This document shows positions 13,070 to 26,864 of a stretch of DNA of 64,000 nucleotides, piece after piece. The translations under genes were made by a program, and so were the position numbers. The notes under the pieces were generated by a model that saw only the letters and a program-made list of their open reading frames with translations, did not search any database and was not told where the DNA came from. This stretch comes from Octopus bimaculoides (Eukaryota): contig NC_068982.1 in the NCBI RefSeq assembly GCF_001194135.2, positions 154,088,433 to 154,152,432 of the forward strand. Direction: 5' to 3'. Numbering within the stretch: position 1 is the stretch's first letter; each line of letters starts with the position of its first letter.

Positions 13070-14620
13070 TATCTCATAAAAGGCTCCAAGTCCTTGAGTT
13101 CGATTACTGGTGGCAGCTCGTCGAACTCTACCGCTACTCCGAGCGGATCAATCTTTTCTGTATGTGTCCTTATCGACCACAATGGCCTTCACATTTTCAG
13201 AGTACACATCTGTGGATAACTTTACTCTTATAATATGTATAAATTTTACAATTTTTTTCTCCGTCTACTTGTTCTTTGAATATGTCACAAAATTCCATTT
13301 GTTTTTCCATCTTCTTGGTTTTTTTTCTTTTCTTCTTCCGTTACTGGTGTCTTTCCCTCTTCAACTCTAAACAATCTCTCCATTTCACCCTCGCACATTT
13401 GCACTCCCGAATCTTTTTCCTTCGCTGTGACAACCGACGTCATTAGCACTGCTTCCTCCTTCTGCAAATACACCTTTTCAATTGTCTTCTCTCTCTCTTT
13501 CTCCATCACCTCTTCGTCTGCCATCCCTCTGGTCACAGCTTCCTTTTCCACTTCTTCTTTCTTCTTTTTCTGGTTCTCTGGTGGCTAGTTTGTTCTTCCA
13601 CTCCTCCTTCGTTTTCTTTCCACCACCGTGAATCCCTCCTCCGTTGTATTTTCTTCTGTCTCTGTCTGTACTACCTGGTTCGTGTTTTCCTGTTTTTCTG
13701 TTGGTTCTCTCTGTGGACATCTCGCCTTCAAGTAGCCTTTCTCCCCACATGCAAAACATATAGGCGGCCTGCCCTCCACTTTTACTCTAAATCTTAGGTC
13801 GTCGGGCAGCACTATCTCTTCATCGATTCCATTTAAATCTTCCACTGTTGCCTGGATAGTGAGTTCAATTCCATATCCCCAGTAATCAACACTTTGTGTT
13901 CTTGTGGCCTTCAATATCTTGGCCTCTTCCTTCATATTGAACATTATTGCTGTCATCAGCCATGCTTCTTCTAGCTCTGGGGGTACTTTGCCTACTCGCA
14001 CTCTGGCCACACGTTTGCCACAGTACGACGGCAACAGCACCCATTCCTCCGATCGTATAGCTTCCGTAGAGTTCTTAATTGCTTCTATTTTTGTTGCAAA
14101 GCGTACCTCCACAGTGGCATACTTTCTTCCTCTTGTTATAAATGTTGTTTCTTTCCTGATACTTTTCAAGCATTCCTCAATCTCCTCCACTGTCGCGAGC
14201 TCTATCTTTCTTGTTGCAATTTTCATGGTTTTAAATACCACAGTTCTCTTTCTTACACCGCTTATCAGCTCCGCAAGCGGTGTCAACTTCAACATGTCTC
14301 CGACTTTCGCCAGCAACTTCTCACATTCTTCCATTTTCTTCGGCTCCACCTTAATTTCAATTGTTTCCAGTTTTCCTTCCTCTGTTCCTCTTCCAGTAGC
14401 GGCCGCATCACTCTGGCCACCTACCGGCGCTTTCTCTATTTTCCCATAATTGGAAGAGAGAAAAAACAACGAACAATATCAACAATCAACACCAATAATT
14501 AACAACAAATTTTTCATCAAAAAATATTCAACGTTGCAACTTACTTCAAAAACTCTCCGTTATCGAAAACTCAACTCAAATTCCAAAACTGCTACTCAAC
14601 ACCCCTACCACGGCCAGACT
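13070..14620 (-). mobile_element. Tx1/L1-like ORF1 (gag-like, zinc knuckle) element with no ORF2
   Basis: ORF 13585-14469 has VEGRPPICFACGEKGYLKARC (CX2CX4[H>Y]X4C). It aligns by eye along its length with the ORF1 at 58805-59744. It continues by frameshift (13285-13551 and beyond) and is followed by an A-run on this strand at 13056-13067. Confidence 0.8.
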
Positions 14621-15027
14621 ACCTCTATTTATATGCCTTCGGAGATCCTATTTCTTCGCCTGGAGGCGTCGATACAGCAGTTACTATGTCACATTTCCTT
14701 CTAACGTGTCAGATCAGCCATTTACCATTCCACTGACACGTCGATGAACCAACTAAAGACTATGGCCAAGGAAAGATCCAGCAAAAACAATGGCCCTCTG
14801 AACAAAAACAGACACGATACAAAAAACATTAATGGTTTTAACCTTCAAGATGCTTTTAAAAGAAATATGGAACACTCATACACTCACATACATATACATA
14901 TTAATATGCACGTGCGCACGCACACGCACACACACACACACATCCATGCATCCATATGTATTTCTCTTTTCCTTATCCTGATCAACTCAAAAATTATAAA
15001 ACTCACAACAAAAGTATACATATTTTT

Positions 15028-15205
15028 CAGGCAGCGAGCTGGCAGAATCATTAGCACACCGCGGTATTTCGTACGTCTTTACATTCTGAGTTTAAATTCC
15101 GACGCCTTTTATCCTTTCGGAGGTCTATAAAATATCTTCCAGTTGTGCATTGAGGTCGATGTAATCGAATTACCCCATCCCCGAAATTGCTGGCCTAGTT
15201 CCAAA
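15028..15205 (+). mobile_element. SINE family A
   Basis: aggcagcgagctggcagaatcattagcac...ctgagtttaaattccg. Confidence 0.75.
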
Positions 15206-17585
15206 ATTTGAAATCATTGTTTTCTTTTGTTTTTGTTTTTGTTTTTTTTTTGTTTTTTTCAGCATCTTACACTGAATTTTTATGGGGTTTTTTATGTGTT
15301 TCGATATATACCTCTTCTTTGTTTGAATTCAGTTATAAATTTTTCCTAACTCAGTTGTATAACCTTCACAATTCTTCCAATAACTTCTTCTAGTTATCTC
15401 CCCTTACCTCACAGTTACACGATTCTGCTGCCGGAGGTATTTCAATTCACAAGTCTTTCAATGATCAATAAGTTTTCTCGTCGTTAAGATAATATCCCTT
15501 ACAGAATTGGTCTTGTAAAGGTGGCGGATACATTATTCATTCAAAAGCTTTTATTAATCAATTTTCGTATCATATTGATTTCGTATTAAACAGGTAATTC
15601 CTTTTGTGATACTTTGCCATTTGTTTCAAATATTTGTTTATTTCTTTATAGTACGAACCTTTCAAATGAGCAAAGAAATATGTCTGCTCTCTAAATGAAT
15701 TTTTAGAGCAATAGGGCTGAGGAAAAATACTAAATACAAACATGTGTGGAACAGTTTCTGATATATCTTTAATGTTCCATACTCAAATGTTCCACACTCT
15801 AATGTTTCATTCTTCTTTTCTACCATCTCATACAACAATGAAATAACACGTCATATGTCCATACATTACAGTTTGTATCTTACTGCTATACTTCTAAATT
15901 TAGATCTCTCGTGGTTATAGTGTGGTAAATGTAATATTTTACTTTTCTGATCAATCTTGACATTTCTGCAATAAAAGATGACCAAATAAATATACAATAA
16001 AATTCGATCAATGACAGTGTAGAAAATACACGGCTTATATAATTTCTTTTGGCTGTCTCAAAACACCGAGTCGTTTGCATGCTTTGTTGTTGTTGCTGTT
16101 GTTGTTATTGTTGTACTGCTGCTGTTGTTGTTGTTCTTGCTTAGCCCCGGGTCAGTTCAATGATATTCCATCGATAAACATCCACTCTTTTTGTAAAATC
16201 CAGGACTACATTTTCCAATAGACACTCTTGTTTCTAAAAGACTAAGACATAATTTGAGGAAAATTTGGTTACGGTTTCTAGCATATCGAGCGGCCGTAGC
16301 GAGTTTCGTCAGCTCGTCTCTACGACATTGACCAAAGGGTTAAAATTATCATCTACTGATACCCTGTCACTGGAGTTGTTGTTACTGTGTTACCCTAGAT
16401 CACCCCTGATCAAACACCTCAATTTACGTTACCCGGTTTAACACCACCACCGAACATCTCGGGTACTTTTAGTGGAACCCATTTTGTTGCAAACATTTGG
16501 GCCAGGTCTTCAGTTAGTTTCAGAACACCTTCCTCTCTCCCTTAATTCTCCTCATCAGTTTTGAAGGTCTTGTAAGAAATCATGGTCACAGCCCTTCTCT
16601 CTTGACAATAATATTAAAATGTTGTCGGCCGAACGACAAGGCCTCGACCGCAGGTAATTTTTCCCAGTTATACCCTGTTTCCGCCTAACCACACTGAACA
16701 CCGCGACATGCAAGAATGAACTGAATGGGAACTAGTGTAACAGACTGAGCACATTTCTCTGTCTGGGAAGCTTCTACACGATCACTCGAGATGGAAGGAA
16801 TTGCAGCTGCTGTCTTCGAAGCGGTTAAATAGTCAAGATGAAGATACTGACATTTCTAACGGTAATTATGATTGATATAGTTATATAACGGGATATGTTG
16901 TTGTTGTTGTTGTTGTTGTTTGTGCTGATGTTGTCGTTGTTGCTATCATTGTTTCTACTGCTTCTCCTGTTGTTGTTGCTGTTGTTTCTTCTGTTGTCAT
17001 GTCTGAGATCGAACAGTTAGTGGACCCTCAAGACCATTGTATCTTTTCACTTTCAGAAACAGTGTGTCTGAGACTGAAATTTTCTGTCATTCCCTTTTTA
17101 AGGCAGTAAGAGTTCTAATTTGAGTGAATCTAGATTGCTCTATCTAGCCGGTGAGCGGCCACATAGATGTTGTATCCACGTGATTAGCAGGCAACGTCAC
17201 ACACAGCTGTTCTTAGAATCATATATCAAATTCAACAATATATAGCGACAGATCAACAAATTAGCTTTGGCTCAACCATTTACCAAATGCACCTGATAGC
17301 CCTCCACTACGTTAGCTAGCATTTAATTTAATTAATTAGTCTTAGAAAACTGTGTTGGCATGGTGGAATCAATAGATCGCTAGAAAAATGCTTTGTAATA
17401 TTATGTAATGACTCGAGGTCGATAAAATAAAGTACCTCTCATGTGTGTGTGTGTGCGTGTGTGCGTGTGTGTGTGTGTGCGCGCGCGCGTGATTTTTCTT
17501 TAAGTTTCTTGAGAGTTCAAGCCGGTCGCTAACAAAGCGAGAAGACCTTTTGAATTAAGACAGTTTTATGTATGTATTTTCATGT

Positions 17586-20365
17586 ATATAGCTGAATGTC
17601 TAAACATGTGCATATATACTTGAATGTATGTTACATATGTCATTGTTCAGTTTTATTTCAAGATTTCTTGGCAATAGAGACAGAACCGGTTTCTAACCTA
17701 GATCCAAAGCTCCTTCATTGGAATTTCAACATCAACAACAGGGTATTTTTGTTTGTATGTACATATGTATGTTTGTATGTATGTATGTATGTATGTATGT
17801 ATGTATGTGCAGATTTGTATGTTTTATGTATGTATTCTCGTGCATATCGTTACATATCTAGACATGCTCATACATATTTAAATGATAAACTTCTGGAAAG
17901 TTTTACAGATTTTTGCAGTTCCAGTGATGGATTGGATCTGTAGTCTTCGAATTATCTTTCTCCTTTTTTGTTTTGAGAAGCCTAATTTCTCAAGATTGGT
18001 ATTTAGGGGCCCAATAATTACAGGTATAAACCTCAACTTGTAATCTGGATAGAGTAACTGCAGATTTCTCAATAGTTCAACGGAGGTGTTCTCTTTTTCA
18101 CTGATCCTCAGCTTTATGTTAACATCCGCTGGGCAGCTACTTTCCACAACTGTGCGCAGTTTCTCTTCCCTATCCCAAATCATTATATCAAATCTGTTGT
18201 GCTTACATTTTATTGAGGTCTTCACTGGTACATTCCACCAGTATANNNNNNNNNNNNNNNNNNNNNNNNNNNNNNNNNNNNNNNNNNNNNNNNNNNNNNN
18301 NNNNNNNNNNNNNNNNNNNNNNNNNNNNNNNNNCCTATCCCAAATCATTATATCAAATCTGTTGTGCTTACATTTTATTGAGGTCTTCACTGGTACATTC
18401 CACCAGTATACCTTTTCATAATGAGTGGCTATGTCTTCTACCATATTATGGTTTTTTTATTTCTTTGTCCTCGGGATTATCCTTCCAATGGATTTCATTA
18501 TAGAGTGTCCTAGCTACAACGTCATGTCTCATCGGTAGATAACACCCTGATGACATTTTCGGACAACTGCTTATGATGTTGGTGATATCTTCAGTGTGAA
18601 CTCTACAAAGTTTGCATCGGTTGTCACATTTTACTGCTTTTCCTGCATCTCTATCCTTTTGTGCATCAGGTGCTTGGTTGATATCTCCTGTTCCTGGATT
18701 GCAAAGTGGGACGAAGTAATCTGGCTATTGGTCCATGATAAACTGCTTTGATGATCAATGTTACTATCATCAAGGAACTTTCTACTAACAAACATATCCA
18801 TGCATAGTTTTCTGCTCATATAGGCTCATCCTTTCATCTGATGATACGTTGCCGTGGAATCGGGCAACTTCTTTGGGCATGTATTCTAGGTTATCAGACA
18901 CAGAAGGTTGCTCAAGGAGCTGCCTTCCAAGTCTTATCATGTTATCAGTTTCATATATGCAAACCTGATCAAGGGATACACTTCGACACTCGGTGGGTGG
19001 TTAGAAGATGTTGCTGAAGGGATATGATGTGACGTTCGAAGGGATTTTGGATCGATGTTAAGCCTCTGCCGCCCTGTTTTCGTTTTAGGTGCAGGCGGTC
19101 TACGTCGCTGTTTATGTGGAAATTATGTGTACTTGTTAGTATTTTTCTGGTTTTCACATCAATGGCTCGGATCTCATCAAGCAGCCCAACTGTGGGCCAC
19201 TGTTTTATTGAATGCAAAGAGTTCTGAGGTCCAAATTTTCTTTATTCAGCTGTAATATTCTTTAGTGACACGTGTTTTATTACGGGTGCCATTGTAAGAT
19301 ATATTTTCATCCACCCCTAGATACCGATAACATTACTCCTCAGATACAGGGGAAACAGACAAATCATTGATGGAGATGTTAATAGTCTAGTTTATAGTCT
19401 TTCCCCCTTTTCACAACCATATAACAACATTTATCCTGACAAATCTCCAACCTTACATCCTTTGAGAATGTTGTAACTAGGTCAAGGCTCTTTTTCCTTT
19501 CATGCATTTTCATTTCATGCATATTTTAGTGGTCCGCATAGAAACTGTGTAATTTTGTTATTTTTGTTTCCCTTGTGAACCAGTGAGATATCCTTCAAAC
19601 TTTCTTAACATGAATGACTAGGGGTTTACAGAAAGTATAAACAACTCTGTGTTTAATTTTAAGATGGTGGCCCACGACGAAATCAGGTCAGCTATGGCTT
19701 TGACTATTCTTACTGGAACTTTAGCAAGTTGAAGGGTTTCTAGCATCCATGAGTGGGGAACAGAGTCAAATGCTTTCTTGTAATCTAGCCATATTGAAAC
19801 TAGGTTCCTCCTATGCTCCTGTACCTCTGACATCACAGTTTTGTTGATTAGCAATTGCTCGGAACATCCCCAGACTCCCCTCTTCCCAGCTGTTTGTTAT
19901 GCTATGATAATGTTATTAGTTTCACAATGGTCTTGAAGGAAGAGGTTTAAACAGGTTGTACATATCTTATGCATTAAGTTCTGGCATTCAATTAACCAGT
20001 GATTTTTTTTGCCATGTGGGTGGTTCTGCATTTGGGGATCAAATTTGTCTCTGCCAGAGCCAGCCAGTGTGGTATGCTACTGTTCACAATGAAAGCTTGC
20101 TGGTACAGATTGATAAGATATTGTCGGAAGAATGTTAGCTTCTTGTACCAATATCCAACAATCAAGTCTCTTCCAGGTGCTTTTCCATCCTGGAGTTTCT
20201 GGATCACAGTTACCATTGGTTCACCATCAATGTTGTATGTCTTGGATGTAACGCAAGAGTAATAACTTTTTCGGATTTCTTCCAGCTACAGAGCATCTTT
20301 ATTGAATTCCTTCTCTTCGCTCCTGATTTTCCTCCAGAAGGAGTCTATTTATTGCTCCTCCTCTC
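17586..20365 (-). mobile_element. 5'-truncated R4/Dong-clade non-LTR retrotransposon (RT, CCHC, RLE), pseudogenised
   Basis: RT motifs KAPGRDLIVGYWYK, WLDYKKAFDSVPHSW and a decayed FYADH are present. A CCHC region lies at about 18560-18630 and the RLE reads NRFDIMIWD...SCPADVN...EKENT...IPVIIG. A candidate 10-bp TSD attttcatgt lies at 17576-17585 and 20366-20375. Confidence 0.85.
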
Positions 20366-20629
20366 ATTTTCATGTCTATGTATGTATCTACGTACGTACG
20401 TACGTACGAATTAAGTAATGAGATGAGATGGTGGAGAGAAGCAGAGAGGATGGTATATTGCTGTTGCTGTTGTTGTTGTTGTGTAACTGCAGATCAGATA
20501 AAGTTAGATGGAGTTGAAACCGGTGGTAATAGATCTCCGCCGTACAGCGAGTATTCACTTGTTTGATCAACTGAATTACCTTCTCATGAATTAATGTATA
20601 GACAAACAATCAGACCGGCAAACAGATAG

Positions 20630-20839
20630 AAGAGATGAATGGATGGATGGATGGATGGATGGAAGGGCATGTTGATAGATAGATAGACAGAAAAACAGTT
20701 AGATAGACTCTAGGTAGGTAGGTAGGTATGTAGGTAGGTAGGTAGGTAGGTAGGTAGGTAGGTAGGTAGGTAGGTAGGTAGGTAGGTACACACGCACGCA
20801 CGCAGACAGACAGACAGACAGACAGACAGATAGACAGAC

Positions 20840-20899
<60 letters not shown>

Positions 20900-20900
20900 G
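20630..20900. repeat. Compound microsatellite (GGAT)n(AGGT)n(GACA)n(GATA)n
   Basis: Direct. Confidence 0.95.
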
Positions 20901-21297
20901 TGTAAACAAAAGAGAGATATCAGTTGGAGAAGAAGAAAGAGAAAAGCCAAATAAATGTTGTTCGTTTAGATTATACTAATCGATAATTCCCAGATGGAAG
21001 ATTAAAGTATCACCCTGAATGTTTACGGTTGTCACATAAAACATGATGTAAGACAATGCTGTAGAAGAGGAGGTGGTTTGAGGGGTGTGCAGGCAATTTA
21101 TTGGCATTGTTTTTCGTTTGTCTATGTTTGCTTGCCTATATATGTCTACGTGAATATCTATACGTGTGAGTGTACGCGGATTCGTGTATGTGCGTTTTTG
21201 AATATATATGGGAATATATTTGTTTATGAGTTGTCATGTGTGTCGGTGTGTTATTTACTCGTGACTATATCTATGTGCCTGAGGATATAAATACGTT

Positions 21298-21332
<35 letters not shown>

Positions 21333-21569
21333 TTGTAATGGTTTTGGGGGCCGATAACTGACGAGCAAAGAGCACGTTCATGTCTTATGCGTGAATTTTC
21401 CGTCGGTTTCTTTATCGAGCTTCAGCTTAATTTTTGATGCCTACATATATATATATATAAGTTCCATCCATAGAATATTTTTATTGCTATTTCTATATTT
21501 ATCTTACAATATATCGGCACAGCCCGATACAATCCCATAAAACTTCTGTTGCAGGTTGGAATCATTAGG

Positions 21570-21609
<40 letters not shown>

Positions 21610-22859
21610 NNNNNNNNNNNNNNNNNNNNNNNNNNNNNNNNNNNNNNNNNNNNNNNNNNNNNNNNNNNNNNNNNNNNNNNNNNNNNNNNNNNNNNNNNNN
21701 NNNNNNNNNNNNNNNNNNNNNNNNNNNNNNNNNNNNNNNNNNNNNNNNNNNNNNNNNNNNNNNNNNNNNNNNNNNNNNNNNNNNNNNNNNNNNNNNNNNN
21801 NNNNNNNNNNNNNNNNNNNNNNNNNNNNNNNNNNNNNNNNNNNNNNNNNNNNNNNNNNNNNNNNNNNNNNNNNNNNNNNNNNNNNNNNNNNNNNNNNNNN
21901 NNNNNNNNNNNNNNNNNNNNNNNNNNNNNNNNNNNNNNNNNNNNNNNNNNNNNNNNNNNNNNNNNNNNNNNNNNNNNNNNNNNNNNNNNNNNNNNNNNNN
22001 NNNNNNNNNNNNNNNNNNNNNNNNNNNNNNNNNNNNNNNNNNNNNNNNNNNNNNNNNNNNNNNNNNNNNNNNNNNNNNNNNNNNNNNNNNNNNNNNNNNN
22101 NNNNNNNNNNNNNNNNNNNNNNNNNNNNNNNNNNNNNNNNNNNNNNNNNNNNNNNNNNNNNNNNNNNNNNNNNNNNNNNNNNNNNNNNNNNNNNNNNNNN
22201 NNNNNNNNNNNNNNNNNNNNNNNNNNNNNNNNNNNNNNNNNNNNNNNNNNNNNNNNNNNNNNNNNNNNNNNNNNNNNNNNNNNNNNNNNNNNNNNNNNNN
22301 NNNNNNNNNNNNNNNNNNNNNNNNNNNNNNNNNNNNNNNNNNNNNNNNNNNNNNNNTATATATATATATATATATATATTTACTTTGTTTGTGTATTAGT
22401 TTATGTGTGTTTGTGTGAATATCTATACTTATGAGTGTAGTGTACAAGTATAAACGTGTATGTGTATGTGCGGTTAAATGGTTAAGTGTGTTTTTTGTTA
22501 TTAATGTGTGGTTATTTCCGTATGTGTGTAGTGTGAGTGTGCATACATGCTTAGTCAATTTTATGTGTGAGTCTTATAGTTATTTAGTAGATTAATCATG
22601 GTGCTTATTAACATTCTCTTCTGTGTGCATTACCTTGTTGTCGCAAGAGATATAAGAAACGAAGCTAAGAAAAGTGAGACCAATATGTAACCAATGTGTA
22701 ATTAATAAGTAGCCAACGTGTAATCAATCTGTTTTTCAAATGTAACCAATACGGTCGCGAAATCTCCAATATCGAATAATTTTTAAGCAAATTCAAATTT
22801 AGTTTTAATGAATTACTAAGAAGCATGAATATTAAAATTTTCATTCTTTTAATTTTAGT

Positions 22860-23500
22860 TTTTTAAAGAATTTAAACATGTTTACACATTATATTATTCC
22901 TAATTACGACGGTGATTTTTAAATGTCTTCTTGGATTGCTTGTAACAGGTGATGGTCTACATCGATAAAAATCAGTCGATATAAAATTCAGAAAAATGGT
23001 AAATGTATCAGGCAGAGTAAAAAGTAAGCAACGTTTTGAAACATGAAATTCGGTTTGGTTACAGATCGGTTTGGTTACGGAGAAGAAGCAACGAACAAAT
23101 CTGCGCATTTTCTGATTTTCGTTCAAATCGTGTAGTACCCATTTGTCGAGCATTTTTGATTTTCCGATCGCATGCAAATGATTGCAAGCAGTTTTTTGGC
23201 CAACTTGAAGTTCTTTTGCCAGTTCTCGAGTGGTTTTACGTGGATCTTTCTTAATGACGGTCTTTAACTGACTGTCATCGATGAAAGATGGGCGTCCACT
23301 ACGCTCGCTATCTTAAAGGCTCAGGTCTCCACTGCAAAATCGTTTAAAACATTTTCGAGCTAACTACTCACTGGTCATTTCCTCACCAAACGTTTCGTTG
23401 ATATCGCGAGCAGTTTCAACTACTTTATGTCCTTTTTTGAAGTTGAATAACAAAATTGCTCGAATATCACGCTTTGACAGTTTTACTTCAGATGATTCTA
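22860..23500 (-). mobile_element. Mariner transposase pseudogene fragment
   Basis: N-terminal IRAILLFNFKKGHKVVETARDINETFG HTH region and LDKWVLHDLNENQK (the mariner WVPHEL motif). The 5' end runs into a gap. Confidence 0.8.
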
Positions 23501-23881
23501 ACAACGGTGAAAAAAATATCAATGTTAATNNNNNNNNNNNNNNNNNNNNNNNNNNNNNNNNNNNNNNNNNNNNNNNNNNNNNNNNNNNNNNNNNNNNNNN
23601 NNNNNNNNNNNNNNNNNNNNNNNNNNNNNNNNNNNNNNNNNNNNNNNNNNNNNNNNNNNNNNNNNNNNNNNNNNNNNNNNNNNNNNNNNNNNNNNNNNNN
23701 NNNNNNNNNNNNNNNNNNNNNNNNNNNNNNNNNNNNNNNNNNNNNNNNNNNNNNTGGGAAGTATAAAATATAACAGTAATTACATAAAAGAAGCATGTAG
23801 ACCGAAGAATTAGAACAAGCTACTCGTTAACCAACGTTATTATTGTTATTGTTTGTTTTGTATTTTTATATTCTTTTCTAC

Positions 23882-24090
23882 TCTAGGCACAAGACACGAA
23901 ATTTTTGAGGAGGGGGGGGGGCCAATCGATTAGATCGACCTCAGTATGCAACTGGTACTTAATTTATCGACTCCGAAAGGATGAAAGGCAAAGTCGACCT
24001 CGACGGAATTTGAGCTCAGAACATAAAAACAGACGAAATACCGCGAAGCATTTCGCCCGGCGTGCTAACGCTTCTGCCAGCTTGTCGCTT
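23882..24090 (-). mobile_element. SINE family A
   Basis: Near-complete match to the copy at 29500-29735. Confidence 0.85.
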
Positions 24091-26378
24091 TTGTATTTTT
24101 ATATTCTAACAATCAACTGATTTTACACTTTTTACTCACAAGATGACTACAAACTAAACAGTAACAAGGTACATTTGTTGTGCTTTTTTCTTTTTCATTT
24201 CTTGTGTTTTGCTTTGGCGGAGTTTTTTTTTAGGAGTTTTCTTTTTTATATATCACGGCAAAGATCCCTAACATTAAAAATTCTTTCATTAAAATAGTGG
24301 CAAATATTTTCAAGCATAAGTACCAGCCACGAAAGTTAACTGATTTGTTGAAAAAAAAAAATTAACAATTGATTCGTGCAAACCGACTCCATCCTAGTCG
24401 TACATTTTCTATGATAATGGTATATCACTAGAATATAAATTACATCATTGTGCAGAGTAGGCATTGTTCAATACTATCACTATCATGCTAAGGAAAAATA
24501 CCAGCTAATAAAACTCAGAGGCTTAAGGCCAATGTATAGCGATTAAAGAAGAGTAGAACAGTCCCAGTGACATCGGCTCCCAGTAAACTCGTTAATTCTG
24601 ATACAAGGTTACGTTTTGTCAGGGATATAGCTGGCTGTAGGACATGGTTAGTGCACCACTGTAATTACCTTTTTAATATTTTATGCTTCTTCTGTTTTGC
24701 CCAACAGTCGAACAAATGCCAGTGTTATTAATGGTTAAATTGTACATTTGAATATCTAACATATCAAATTATACTGAATACTTAAGGCATGGGAACATGA
24801 TTTTGCAGCAATAAGGAATAATGAAATTCAACATGCAACTTCACCTTCGCCTATCTCCAATACACGGGGTTGAAGGAGTCGGCAGCCATGAACACGACCA
24901 CATTCAACCTAACCTCACAATATCTCGTTTCAACCTTTACAAAACCATTCAGTGGTCACACCCACTTCCTGGATTTCATCGATTCAAACAGAGAAAACAT
25001 TCTTATTGTGTAGTATACTGTCAATTATTGTATACTTTATAGTAAATATTGTTTTATTTGTCCGTTTGTTTTGTGTTTGGATTTTGATTAGGTTTTATTG
25101 GGTTCTTTATATTTTTTTATATGAGAACTGAATAAAGTATACATACATAATAAATGCCAGTTCTGAGTTCAAATGACACCTTGGTCGACTTTGCTTTTCA
25201 TCTTTTGAGAACGATAAAATATGTACCAGTCAGGAACTGGGGTCGATATAATCGACTAAGTCACTCCCCAAAGTTTCAGGCCTTGTGCCTATAGTAGAAA
25301 GGATTATCGTAATTGTAACAGTTATCTTATGGTATTTACAAATCTGCTTTACACGAGTGTATATTTAATTAACACCATGACTCTTGCTTAGCCTTTACAC
25401 ACACACACACACACACACACGCACCCACCGTCTTTAATACTCTTGAAGTTAACTAATAGTTCCAATTAAGGATGCCGTTATTTTATATACTACCACAGAT
25501 TTCGTATCCGTATTCTTGCTTTACTCCAGTCTTCGTGTTCGATCTTCCAGCTTTCTAATTTCTACTCTAGCATATGTGATTTAGCTCCCCTTTTAAAGTC
25601 CTTTGTTTTACTTTCTCTTTCTCTATCTCTCTCCCTATCTTTCTCTCTCTCCCTCCTTCTCATTCGTGTTTTCTCTCTCTATCATTTCATTAATCCTGTT
25701 TTTCCGCTTCTCTTTATTTTCTCCCTCTCTCTCCACCTCCTCCCTCTTTCTCTCCCTCTCCCTCCACTATTAACAAAACCAAACTTATCACAGGTTTTGA
25801 GACCACGTAATAGTTCCCTTTTTTATCTAAAGCAGATTCGGTTTAATTTCAGTAAGTCTCCTTTTTTCCTGACTATATAATCCTCACAAAAATCAGATGA
25901 AAAAAGTCAAAATCGGTTGAATATAGAAAGGAATAGAGTGGAGGGAGCGAAAGAGAGAAATAACTGGATGATATTAATGAAATACTTCTGGTGTAAAGGC
26001 ATTGCTCTGTTTGACTGATCTTTAGTAAATACTACGAGATTATAGGAAATGTAATTAATTAGGGGAATATTTAGTGAACGCCAGATCTCAAGAAGCTTAA
26101 AATTTGATCAAAGTTTTGGATAGTGATAAAAGGTGGAAAAGCTACTTTACGATTCATTTACACAATACAAGGAAAGATACTCATTATGTGATACAGAAAT
26201 GAACAAAAATAAATGAACTGATGTTATCATAGTATTCATCGAGACTAATTATACTTTTCATGATAAAAATATAAAGCCTGTGTATTTTCTATACTAAAAA
26301 AGTTAATCCACCTATATAACCTGAAATAGACATCACTAGATTAACAATGCCTGTAGAATTGTCCAGAATAATCTAGAG

Positions 26379-26529
26379 CAGTCATAGGTAAACTGCAACC
26401 CGCAGGATTTTGTTAATGGCACACCAACGAGAAATTACCTTGAATTTTTTTAGTTATGTGACTGGCCTGAATTTTTTTAGTAGGATGGTTTCACGCGACC
26501 TGCTTCGCGAAAAATGTTGCCCATGCTTG
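26379..26529. mobile_element. hAT-type MITE, 151 bp, perfect 8-bp TSD
   Basis: TSD atctagag at 26371-26378 and 26530-26537. Imperfect TIRs CAGTCATAGGTAAAC and CAAGCATGGGCAAC (reverse complement of the right end). Confidence 0.8.
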
Positions 26530-26864
26530 ATCTAGAGACTGCTGTTTTTTTAATGTAGAATTTGCAGACATCTCTCTCTTTCATAACTCAGTAACATCAG
26601 ATATTCATCATGTGACAATCTTTTGATGAGAAACTTTATAAGTTAGTCATAGAATCAATAATACAAAAATAAGGGTTAAGGTTAACGCCAAAACAAAGGT
26701 ACTAAAAGACTTTGGAAAACTTTATTCTCAGATATCATCATCTAAAACTGGGATAGAATTTTATAATTTGGGAAATTAGAGAGGTCTTTAAAGAATCAAC
26801 TCTAAATCTTGCGTCTTTTAAACCCAGTGACACTGTATGGAGCTGAATGTTGGATACTACTTTC

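Noticed and set aside
18169-18410. 77-bp perfect direct repeat inside the R4-like element
   Set aside because: The identical copies flank an N-gap and the second family copy (57960-58035) has only one. This is a scaffolding artefact.
20470-20570. Possible plus-strand exon (DQIKLDGVETGGNRSPPYSE)
   Set aside because: It sits between microsatellites, has a weak donor, and shows no recognisable homology or partner exons.
21357-21392. CTGACGA-GC-AAAGA-GC-ACGTTC hammerhead-like core
   Set aside because: It lacks GAAA and has no adjacent stem I complement.
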